Part shown: piece after piece, positions 1 through 10,805 of the stretch
Numbering within the stretch: the first letter of the stretch is position 1
Layout: each line of letters starts with the position of its first letter
Source of the DNA: Paraphysomonas bandaiensis
Taxonomy: Eukaryota > Protista > Chrysophyceae
Length of the DNA stretch: 64,000 bases
Reading direction: 5' to 3'
Assembly: GCA_965644295.1 (NCBI GenBank)
Contig: CBFFRP010000406.1
Coordinates: 124,001 to 188,000, forward strand
Notes under the pieces: generated by a model
The model's database searches: none
Told to the model about the DNA's origin: nothing
Seen by the model: only the letters and a program-made list of their open reading frames with translations
Translations under genes and position numbers: made by a program

Positions 1-651
1 AAATAAAACGGTTTGCAACTTACAAATAATGGGAAGTAATGTAGCAAAATACACTGAAAAAGATATTTTCTATAATAGCTTAATCTGCTGGTCAACCCTA
101 TATATATCTTATAGCTTAAGTTGATGTGACCAAACCTGATGAAAATGGTTAAAACGTGGTAAATTTTTGAAATGTCGATTTAAGTTGAGTTGTTGATGAG
201 TTTTGTAAAATGAGTAATGTAGTAGGTGTATAGAGAACATGTTTTTAGAGACATAAAATAATAAATTTTACATTAGTTACAGATCAAAACCGTGAGAATT
301 TTATACTTAATTTTATATAATATATTTAACTTATTAGTATTAAACTATTTGATACTTAATTCGCACACATTTTCTTAGGTTGATAAAATGTCAGTTATCT
401 CACAAAAATATTCATTGGCCATTCCTGTTAACATCTTGTGCGTGTCTGTTGCAAACTCTTGAAGCATTTAAACCAAAAGTCTTGTGCCAACAATTGAAAA
501 TGAATTTCCTAATATTATTACAAGTACCTGCATATAAAATCATATGATACATTGAAATTCACATTATTTATGTCTTATATTTTCGGATGACTTACCTCTG
601 AGCACCGATGACAGTATTTTGATTAAAATCATCATTAAACTAACAAAGCTG

Positions 652-990
652 GCACCCTCAACAAAGTCGACTCGTACCTTTTCGTGGTGTTGTGGAAGAT
701 AAGTACCGAGATACTTCTCCGGGAAACTAACGTAAGCAGATATAGTCAGCAGAAAATATTCCGGGCTGTGCACCTTCTTAAGAACCCTAAAATTTTGAAG
801 TCAGCAGATGTCAGGTATATATCAACATTCTACTTTTGCTCACTGCGTTTGCTTTGGGTGATAGAGAGGAGGTGGTTGCACCTTGGTGCTTGCGGAGACA
901 CACAAGCAGCTTTCGCAACGCTAAATATAGTAGGATATCAGAGTTAAGCAGTGACTCTTAAACTCCTACTGCTAATAATTAACATTCACA
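652..990. repeat. Copy of structured non-coding dispersed repeat (type A)
   Basis: Shares blocks CCCTCAACAAAGTC..ACCTTTTCGTGGTGTT, TATAGTCAGCAGAAAATATT and GGTTGCACCTTGGTGCTTGCGG..CACAAGCAGCTTTCG with 28560-29050 (inverted), 39875-40860 (inverted) and 59122-59610. Boundaries approximate. Confidence 0.85.
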
Positions 991-1345
991 ACTATCAAAG
1001 CTGGGGGGAATTATATTCTTAATAGAAATGATTATATATAAATTATATAGTAAATAATATTGTCAGTTGACATATATCTGCCTTCCATAAAAATAACAGT
1101 AAAACCAATTAACCGAATTTTATGATCACATCGACTACTCGTTTCTGATTAAAATATATATGCTTTATGCTCTATGATACTTTCCATGATACTGTATTCT
1201 TATGAATGAACACTGTGATTATGTTCTCAACACATGAACATGAGTGCCCAAAATTTCATATTAACCATGATGAGTTGTTTATGATTTTACATGGATTTTA
1301 ACTCTTATATTGGAAAAAAGTAATGATAAGTTGATAAGTATATAC

Positions 1346-1468
1346 CAGGACCTCGTAACCATTAATGGCCCATTAATGGTAGTCCAGGTCCCGGAAACTA
1401 TAATGGCATTAATGAAAAATGTCCCGGCAATTATAATGGTCATTGCCATTAATGGTTACCAGGCCCTG
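1346..1468. mobile_element. 123-bp hAT-type MITE
   Basis: TIRs CAGGACCTCGTAACCATTAATGGC / GCCATTAATGGTTACCAGGCCCTG; perfect 8-bp TSD GTATATAC at 1338-1345 and 1469-1476. Confidence 0.9.
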
Positions 1469-1755
1469 GTATATACGTCTATACTACGTCTGTATAGGGT
1501 AGCCAGATTATATAATATATATATCATTTTAGTTTATATATTTGTCGTTGAGCATGTGTCTCGTACTCACGTACTCACAATGCCAGAGTTATACAGAAAA
1601 GACTATTCCATTACTAATCAATGCGAACCCACTCTTTCCCTTGTCCTCCTAGCTTGTCCATAGATGTATACATACAGATATACAGTAACTTACTTAACAA
1701 GTATATCGTCTCTTTGGATTAATTATTTCGTTTAGCCTCTAACTACTTTTTAGTC

Positions 1756-4145
1756 TTAGCTCTTCTTAAACTTAGATTTTAACTTTTTTCTAGTTTTTGG
1801 TTCTGTTTTAGATAATCCAAAGGCGAAATCTGCACTCGGTACAGTGTTACCTCCAAAAGAACCTGCAGACTGCTGTGAGCCAAACTGGAAAGTTGAACCC
1901 CCTTGCTTTTGCTGTGCTTCCCCAAAACTAAACGACGGGGCAGAGGTAATCGTCGTATTACCACCGATTCCGGTGATTGACTGTGGATTGGGCACACTCA
2001 CAGCTGCTGTTGATTGCGTCGAACTAGCACTAAATGATGGGCCTGAAGTGCCACCGAAAGATGTGGGGGGCGATGAAACACTACTCGGTAGGGAAAGAGA
2101 GGCAACAGTAGTTGAAGCACCAGCGTCCTGAAAAGCGATTCCACGGGGCTTGTCGTCTGAGGATTTGCGTGCCACAGGAGCAGATGGGCTGGGTGGAGGT
2201 TTCTTAAGGGAAATAAAATTTTGTGCAGGACGAGTAGTAGATGTGGTTGATGACGTAATAGCAGGCGAAGTAGAAGAAGTTGTAGAAGAGGTAGCCTGCG
2301 GGGTTGCTACGGATGTCCCGAAGGTGAGAGGGGCAGCGCTTGTAACTGGAGTAGACTCTGTTTTAGAAGCTGGAGCTGGAGCTGGAGGAGGTGCAAAAGC
2401 GAAAGGCTTGGGAGTGCTATCTCCAACACCAGTAGCACTGGGATGCAAGTTCGCAGGGTCGGCAGGGGGGGTAAACGTGGATACAGGAACACTGGCTGTT
2501 CCTGTAGATGCAGCCATGTTAAAAGAAGGTTGTGTAGTAGTGCTCTCTGACGTCGAATTGTCGTGCGTAATAGCGGCATCTACGAAGTAGGTCAAGATGT
2601 ATTAGATGTCAAAAAAGAGTAGCGATGAGCTTTGCTCACCTTTCAACATCTGTCCAGCTGATTCAAGCGCGCGGCGTCTTTTCTTAGTGAGTTTTTCTAA
2701 AAGAGAAGCTTGTTCTATCTCGTTTGCTTCAGCACTCGACTTCACGGTCTGAGCTCTATGACGAATACAGGGGCGTATAACAGCAGATTCACTTTCAGGT
2801 GCGCGCCTAGCAACCTGCTCTTGTTGCTGCGAGGTGGATACTAGAGCAGCTAAGGCCCTGGTGTGGGGAACAACGTCAACAGTAACTGATGGTGCCATAT
2901 CCTGCGATGGTGGCATCGTGGTGAAGTGTGTCTGTTCATGATCCTGCGGAACGACATCAAGTTATACATGAGATAGCACATTCAACTCACTTTCTCGACC
3001 GCAGCTACCATAGAAGTAGTAGTATTATGTTCCGGGCTTCGGACTGTCCCTTGTCCTTCACGTCTAAAGGATTTCATTACTTCTTCCCCCTCACCCTCGT
3101 CTTCTACTAGAGTGTCCTCACGTGGTCGCTTCAAGGAGGAGTCGTTGGCTGTTCCTCGTACTCCTCCCAACACAGAACGCTCCCAACCAGTCAGCTTCGT
3201 CAGATCCAACAAGCTTGATGCAACACGCTGTACTGCCCCCTGCCAACCTCTCTGTTTTTCATCGGGGATCGCCACTCGTTTAACATCGGTCTTCTCTATT
3301 TTCCCGGACACAGCAGAGAGTTTCCGCTTGTTGTTTACGGTCGCAACGACATCTCCTTTTTCTCCCTCCATATGCAACGCAGGAAATACTGGACTTCGAC
3401 GCTGTTCTGTAACTGTCGACGCCATTGAGAGGGTTTTGTTTATTACTCTCGCGCCAACATTCTTATCTCCCCTAGCCCCTTCCCCCGCATGCAGCACAGT
3501 AGATTCCTCACTCCGTCGCGGTCGCGCATCTGATGAAGTCATTGGATGCACCTCACGCTTCATTTTTCTATTACACGCAGTATATCGAGAACCTGACCCA
3601 GGGTCCTGTGATACATACCCTCTCCTGTAGGGCATCATCTTCCGAGAGCTGTCACCTACTCCGACATGCTTGACAGATATATCCACCGGTTTGTGTTCTT
3701 GCCACTGCGATGCCTTTGTTGCACTATAATTGTCACTGGTCTCTTTACCTGAATGCACTGGACTCACTTCCTTCACAGAAGAGATCGTGCGTATATCGGG
3801 TTTCGAGGACACCACTAGTCTGTGTGAGTGTACGCAGCACCGCTCAATAGCCAGCAGATAGACGAGAGCTATCACCTGACAGCGAGCCATGGGAGAGAAT
3901 ACGGCCGCTATGAGGAGGACCACTATAAGTGCCCATCCCCTCCTGATGAGGGTCTGTATCTCCCCCATAGGGACGTATGTGTACGCTATGGCGGCATATA
4001 TAACACACGAGACAGTCGCTATGAGCATATCTCCAACAGACACATACAACACACCCACAGACACACTCACTGGGATAACCACACCCAGCAACACTACCAT
4101 GAAACATCCCTCAAGGGACATAGACTGGGAGAATGAGAGCGGCAT
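1756..4145 (-). CDS. FG-repeat nucleoporin-like protein with predicted N-terminal hydrophobic segments (3 exons)
   Basis: Three ORFs join in frame through GT-AG introns 2944-2990 and 2580-2639. The C-terminal S/T/P-rich region has TFG, SFGG, FSFG, FQFG and FAFG motifs and a basic tail RKKLKSKFKKS; basic NLS-like clusters lie in the middle. Start codon uncertain. Confidence 0.65.
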
Positions 4146-5036
4146 GCCGCTATGTCATGCTGTGTATCTCTCGTGATGTATGGAAGTTAAGTGATGCTGG
4201 CCTGTATGTACATGTATGTATACGGTATACACACAGCACGCACACTCTGCAGGTCGGCACATACATCTGTACATGGAACAGTCCATCATACCGCAGCCGT
4301 ATACCGCACTCTGTACTATATATACTCTGTATACAGGACTGGTACAGAGTATATGGTAGACGTGTATCTGGTGTACAGCAGTGTACAGCAGTATATTCAC
4401 TGGGGACGTGCGCTGGGTCTCCATCATGCATATCTTCATCCACCTCCAGCAGATATCGAGATGTAGAAGAAGAAAGATGCACGGATGCGGATGGTATCTA
4501 TCGCTATAACTGTTCTCATCAATATTAGTGGCATTAGTGATACACTACAGTGCTTATGATGCTCTTTCCAACCTACACTCCTAATTTAATCTCTGGTTCA
4601 TTCAATCGTTGATTCAATCCACACGCTGATGAGGTGCCGCTTGAACGCATTAGAACTATTAAGCATCCGCAGATAATGGATTGCTTGTTAAGGGATATAT
4701 GAGCATTTGTATATTATAATTTTATTCACGGAAGGAAGATCCGGAATAATAAACTCTACTGTATGTCCAACTACACTAATCAATGTCAATGTGCTCCTTT
4801 CATCTGAATTCATGTTAATCGAAATAGGTTTTTGTGTGCTCAATAATATGTATTGTTATAAACTAAATATATAATTTCGATATGTAGTTTACAAGTTGCG
4901 GTTACAGATACAGACTTAATCATATTCAAAACGTCGGCTGACAACGATGCACCCTTGTTAGTCGGAAATCAATAGAATCGCCTATTCACTGATAGAAACA
5001 GCTAACAATCCTAGAGTATGAACTATTCGCGATGAC

Positions 5037-6720
5037 CTATACACTACGTTCAGTTAACGACTTTTGCAGCCAGTTAATTCCAGCAGAGAACCCAAACTTG
5101 ATGTCATCTTGAGAAAGTCCTTCGGCGGAAAAATTCGTGCGCCTCTGACTGAACGGTTGTATGTACACAAGCCTATTATGGTCTACAGGGAGCGCCTCTC
5201 TGAGGGTCTGCATTGCCACATCACATATCTTCTGTGAGTGATCTGCTGAAACGTCTGTTTTCACAGAATAAATACATACTCTACCACAACACGATATTCT
5301 ACCTCTCTCTAAATTAAGGAACAATAGAACAGGGGCGGTGCAGGTGTACTCCAATTGAAAGTCTACTGCGTCTACGCAGCAGCCCATTGTAGGTCGTGGG
5401 TACACTGCTTCCACCATAGCGCGTATCTCCCTACCCACATGTGCAGCTGTACCGTCCGCTACCAATACTAAACCCTCGACCTGAGAAAGTCTATATTAAC
5501 GAGAAAAAAGATGGTCAGCCATGATAACCTCATCACGGAACAGCGAACGCACAGAGCTATGATATATATCGGGGGTAGCATAGGGGAGCTCAAGCAGGAC
5601 AAAGAATAGCCGCTCATCACCATGCCGACTTAGTGTAAGGCTGAGTGTCGGGTAATGTTCCACAACATGCGCACAAGATAAAATCGCATCCTTCTGACCA
5701 GCGGTTAAACGTCCACCCACTATCGTCGTACACAAAGTTTTGTTGGACACAACTACATCGTTTCGCGGTATCGGAAGGATTGGGCGATATCCGTAAGGGG
5801 TGAACACTGGAGGAGGGGCACGGGCAGACTCTGGCAAAAGGTAACCGATTATTGAATGCACACGACGGGCCAGACCAGTCTCAATTGTTCCCAGAATAAT
5901 GACCTTGTTACGAATTGGGACAGGACGAGTGGGGGAGAAGAGAGAACCTAAATATATCGGGAAACCATTACCTCCGGTGGAAGGTACCACCCGCTGACCA
6001 TATAAGAGCTTTAGGCGGCACATCATATGAGAACTCCATCGCATACTACATATAATATTATACATATGTACTGAGCGAGAATGAGCTTACGCACCGTGCT
6101 ATTGCACTCAATGTCAGACCGGTATTGTACTGATTTGTATACCAGATATCCCACTCACAGGGACCATCCATACCAATTCCATTCCAAGGCCATGAAAAAG
6201 CTTTACGGTATGCTTCCTTCCACAAGGAGTCTGCCGATGCGGTATGCTTCCATCGCTTGCACACGCTACTAATTGCAGCTAGAGCTCTGAAGTCCACGAT
6301 ATACGAAAATATCATTTCCAAGTCATAGTCACTCAATCCGTACGTTGAAGCCCGACTAAAGGCCCACACCTCTTGAGAGAGCACAAGATGAATGTGGTCT
6401 GAAATATTGTCATCCATTGTCAAGTACCCAACCTCTCTGCACCATATCACGTCGAGACCCTTCAACTCACTACAAGCGTACGCTATATAAGCATCACTGC
6501 AAAGCTTCCGCCACGACACATTGTACGGAAACGAAACTTTGACTCTTGAGTCAAACTCAGGAGCATGAAGGAGCAGAAACTTCGTGTACTGTTCATCTTC
6601 ACACGGCCTGTTTGAGTACTTGGAGACGGCGTAGGTCATCCTGTGCTCTATATGGCACACATCGACGAATGATGCCGTCAAACTGGAGTGCAACAGTGTC
6701 AGCCATGAGTGTTGTGACAA
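5037..6720 (-). CDS. F-box domain protein, multi-exon
   Basis: F-box motif LSDYDLEMIFSYIVDFRALAAISSVCKRWKHTASADSLWK; intron at about 6046-6095 joins the next ORF in frame. Termini uncertain. Confidence 0.65.
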
Positions 6721-7021
6721 TCAGGCCGACCAGAATACACTCTTGTAATATTTAGTGTAGCTGTCAGTCTATAGCAGTGCTGAGTGCTGTCTGCTGCTGC
6801 ACATACACCTCCCATATTCATAGATATCATCGTCATGTCCACTGAAAACCCTACTTTTTTAATATAGATCGTAAAAATCTTATATTTTTCGTTTCCAGCT
6901 GTCATGGTACAGCAGTATGTACAGTATACGAAGTACTGTATATGGCCATATACTACAGTATACCATATAGCGACAGTCCATCAACGCAGCATACACAAGC
7001 AAGAGATGTGCTCAGCCTGTT

Positions 7022-8419
7022 ATGCCACAGCTGTCCGGTCATAGCGACAGACGCAGCGTCATTCTCTCGTTAATGCCGAAGAAGAAGTCGAGTAGGTCGA
7101 TGTCTTTGGTGACCCCTGTGTTGGTGTTGCTGCTGCTCCTGATATCATCTCTCACTGTGCTCAATGGACGGACCACCTACACACATACATACACAGACAG
7201 AGATACAGACAGACAGAGAGATACACTCCACCAGCATGTATACACAGACAGAGGTGCGGCCTATACAGGGTATGGGAATACATCGTCTCCCTCCCCTGCC
7301 CCCACTCCTGTTGTAAGAGAGGAGCCGCAGCCGCCTACACTCATCCTCCCCTCTTCTGTGCTGCTGAGTAACAGCGGTCTCTATAAGGTTCACTTCATAC
7401 ACATTCCGAAATGTGGAGGGACTTCAATGACGGCGATTCTTCGTCAGACGATGTGTGCTGTGGACCCTGTGAAACACAAGGATTGCTGCACCAATCCCGG
7501 ATTTTGTGATCACTCCGCCAAAAGAAAATGTGCTGCTATTAAGGGCTGTATCAATCACTTTCCGAACAGGTTCGTTTCGTTTATTCTTTTTGTTTGTTGG
7601 ATTTACTCAACTTGGAATGTCGACCAGAGATTTTATATTCCGACGCATGCCAACTGTTACAATACTCCGTGAGCCAGTATCACGGTATGGAGGCGTATAT
7701 ATCTACACTTGTAAATAATACTTGCGATCAGCCTTGTATCTGCGTGGTTTTATCGTGGACATAGTCCCAATAATGATTTTTTTCAAGTGCGTCCAGAGTT
7801 CCGTGAAATTAAATTTGGTCAACGACCCAAGGTATTCGCATGCTCACAGCACACTCTGAACCGAATGTTGGCATGTAGTGATTATATATTCGCAGGTGAA
7901 TTTTGAAGATTATCTTGGCATGCTGGAGTACAATAACATTCAGACACGAATGCTGGGGGCGGACTCCTTTCCATACCGCAATATTACAATCACGGAGGAG
8001 GTGTATTCATGTATCAGTTGTGTGTATCACTGGATTTATATCGTCGCAGATATTTGAGAAGGCGGTGGAGGCGTTGAACCAGATATATTTTGTGGGTTTA
8101 CAAGAGGCATATGAGTTATCTGTAGAGTTAATGCTGCGGGAATTAGGAACCAATATAAAGCTTCCTGTAAAAAAGGAGCGGCAGCAGACATCCCAGCAGA
8201 TGAAAGCGAAGAAAGCGGCTGTGACTGGCAATGAAACCCTTATGAAGATGGCCCGCAGTGTGAATACATACGACTATAGACTATACGATTTAGGTGTGCT
8301 GATTTGATTTTGATGTGGACATCAACTAACCCCATGCAGGCAAATCACGATTTTGTAGAACTATTTCGAAGTACCCCGATCTTGTAGTGAAATTACACCA
8401 AACGAAAGTAGTATGTTAA
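7022..8419 (+). CDS. Golgi-type (type II membrane) sulfotransferase, multi-exon
   Basis: N-terminal TM segment and Pro-rich stem; 5'-PSB motif FIHIPKCGGTS; 3'-PB motif TILREPVSRLVSAWFY across an intron; C-terminal NTYDYRLY. Confidence 0.85.
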
Positions 8420-8749
8420 CAGAGTTGTCGTTATATTTTCTCCTGGTTGAGAGTACTATTAATACTAGAGGGAGGGGGTGTTAACCGCTGAGAAATATTT
8501 ATGCTAGTGGCCGTATATATGTATTCTGTTTTATCGTGTAAGATATATTAGCGGGATGACTTACATTTGTTCAATGTGAGGCAAAATATACACACAATAT
8601 AACTTCCTCTTCAAATAGGATGCTAGCGGTTACTATTACAATACGGTAGTGGGTAACGGGTAACGAATTATACTATTTAACTCGAAAACTAATTTGTATG
8701 GTAGCAAAATATGTAACACTCCACTTATTTATTATTATTTATTAGATAC

Positions 8750-9215
8750 CAGCGCTTCGTAACAATTACTTGGTTTTCAATTAATTTTCTATGAAATTGG
8801 GACAGCAAATAATAATTGCTATTAAAATTGATCCAATTTTCTTCTATCAATTGTCAATTATTGTAATATTTTTAATACCATCATTTTGAGTGCATATATT
8901 AGTTACTGCACACATAATTAAAAGAAGTACAAACTACACGTAGCTAGTTAAAGGTTAAATTTACTATAGGATCACTAACATGTGTTCAATTGTGCTCATT
9001 CTGAAACTGAAAGGCAGATTATATGCAATTCTCAGGCCGCTGGAATGAAAGCTTCTCATTGACGACATCTACGAGAAAGTCAGACAACTGCAGAAGATGG
9101 AATCATTTTGATTGGTCAACCAAATGAGCGATAAGCAATGCTGGAAGTGCTTTGTAGGAAGAGTGTAATGAGTCAACAAAAGGGTTATGGATGGAGCAAC
9201 CTCTCGCAGCAAAGA
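8750..9215. mobile_element. Degenerate left end of hAT-family element
   Basis: Begins CAGCGCTTCGTAACAATT, resembling the TIR at 27255; homologous to 34938-35070 and 39594-39870; followed by a decayed coding-like stretch (QQKGYGWSNL). No right end found. Confidence 0.55.
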
Positions 9216-9300
9216 GAAAGGTTTGGCATCCCACTAAGCGCGTGGTGCAATGGGTAGTTACGTTGGGCGTAAAGCATCACCAAGAACGTGCACTTATACA

Positions 9301-9600
9301 GAATATCTGATTATTACATGAGAACGGTTGTGTCTAGTATTCGTAAGTAGTATAGCTATGGTTTAGGGTTAGCTAATGAACTATATGAAAGTCGCTATTT
9401 ACTAATGAATGCAACCGTCTTGGGACTGATTGTGTATTGCTGCAAGCACCTTGGTGCAACCGTTCCTTGTATTGGTGTTAGTCTGGGTGTCTACCTTTGA
9501 GCAGTGTTTCTGGCGTTCCTGTGCCGCACGTTACTTGGGGAGTGGAGTGAGTGGCATGTAAGTGAGGGTTGAGGTCAGTTTTACGGAAAGTCGGCTAGTT
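9301..9600. repeat. Structured repeat, type B copy
   Basis: TCTGATTATTACATGAG..ACGGTTG..GCAACCGTCT.GGGACTG..GCACCTTGGTGCAACCGT matches 40233-40480. Confidence 0.8.
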
Positions 9601-10179
9601 CCTGTGCTAGGGGAAGTACGTGCACTGAGTGTCACTGATATTGGAGTGGGAAATTATGGATGATCTTCTTCTTTTGTTTTTGGAGCAACCATCGACACAA
9701 AAGAATACAAGATAGAGTACTAGTTCCAGATCAATATTTATGAATTATATGGAAGTTGATTAAGAGGCGCTATTTTGCTGTGTGGTGTTCAGGATGATGA
9801 TGAAGACTTGGACATGGAGTCTTTGGGTGACTATTTGCTCGATGAATTACAGCTGGTTGGTTATGGTTTCAACAACGTCATTGCATGTATTTCGGGGGAC
9901 AATACAAAAATTGCAATCCCGAATTGTTGGCACGTTTACTAGGTGTTGTGATTGGCTTGCTTGTACCGCTCCTTGGCTGCGCAAATCACGAAAAGGCAAT
10001 GCCGTTTCTTTCTAATGGGTATTCCGACCTGGTAGATAAAAGTGTTGACAGCGCTCATGTGGGTTAGGTTCAACTCTTAAGTCTAATTCCAAGTAAAATA
10101 GAGCATGATAAGCTCTGGTGCAATTACAGGACGACATGAATTTCTTCCAACGTGTATCAATGGAATTACATTAGGAATT

Positions 10180-10290
10180 ACTGAAGTCAGGCATCCGGGC
10201 TGCTCACGTTAAGAACTAAAAAATCCTGAAGTCAGCAGATGTCAGGTATATCAATATTCTGCTTGCTCATTGCGTTTGCTTTGAGTGATT
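10180..10290. repeat. Fragment of type A structured repeat
   Basis: GAAGTCAGCAGATGTCAGGTATAT..GCGTTTGCTTTG is shared with 797-860 and, inverted, 28730-28800. Confidence 0.8.
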
Positions 10291-10805
10291 TTGCGAAATT
10301 GGTTGCTGTAATACTGTTCATTACTGATGTATTCTTCACATAACAGTCGTAATTTAAATACCAGTGAACTATAGCTTTGAAATCTCTCAAACAGCAAAAC
10401 TCAAGTTCTATGAAAGTTATGATTCCTATTATTGTCCAATAAACATCGCAAACGTAAGCAGTAATATGAGGTTGCGTGTAAGATAATTAAGGTTACTAAA
10501 ATGATTCTGGCATACTCAATTAATTACATTATGTAATTGTGACTGTAACCAACTCCTATGTTTTCGTGATTGTTTCGCCCACATCTCGTTATTTTCATCA
10601 CAATGTGAATAAATATAACAAACATAAACAGACGCCACTATTAACAAAACGCATGAATGACCGGTGGACCCAAAACGCTTATATCAGGGAGTAATGAATT
10701 ATTTCTAATGTCATGTATCATATAACGTAAAACGCGCAATATACAAGGCGTACTCTCTTTTCAGAATATGACTTTCTAAACACATGTTTTTCAAGGTACA
10801 TTTCA

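Noticed and set aside
735-760. GATATAGTC resembling the group I intron S element in the structured repeat
   Set aside because: No matching R (GACUA) partner or P/Q elements, and no host gene.
795-815. GATGTCA resembling an IS200/IS605-type right end or TnpB/Fanzor guide boundary
   Set aside because: It is internal to the repeat, downstream sequence is conserved between copies, and there is no nuclease ORF in the window.
4133-4820. Overlapping ORFs upstream of the nucleoporin-like gene
   Set aside because: Low-complexity TA/CA-rich DNA; no consistent spliced frame or recognisable domain.
9358-9373. Telomere-like GTTTAGGGTTAG
   Set aside because: Under two units; expected by chance.
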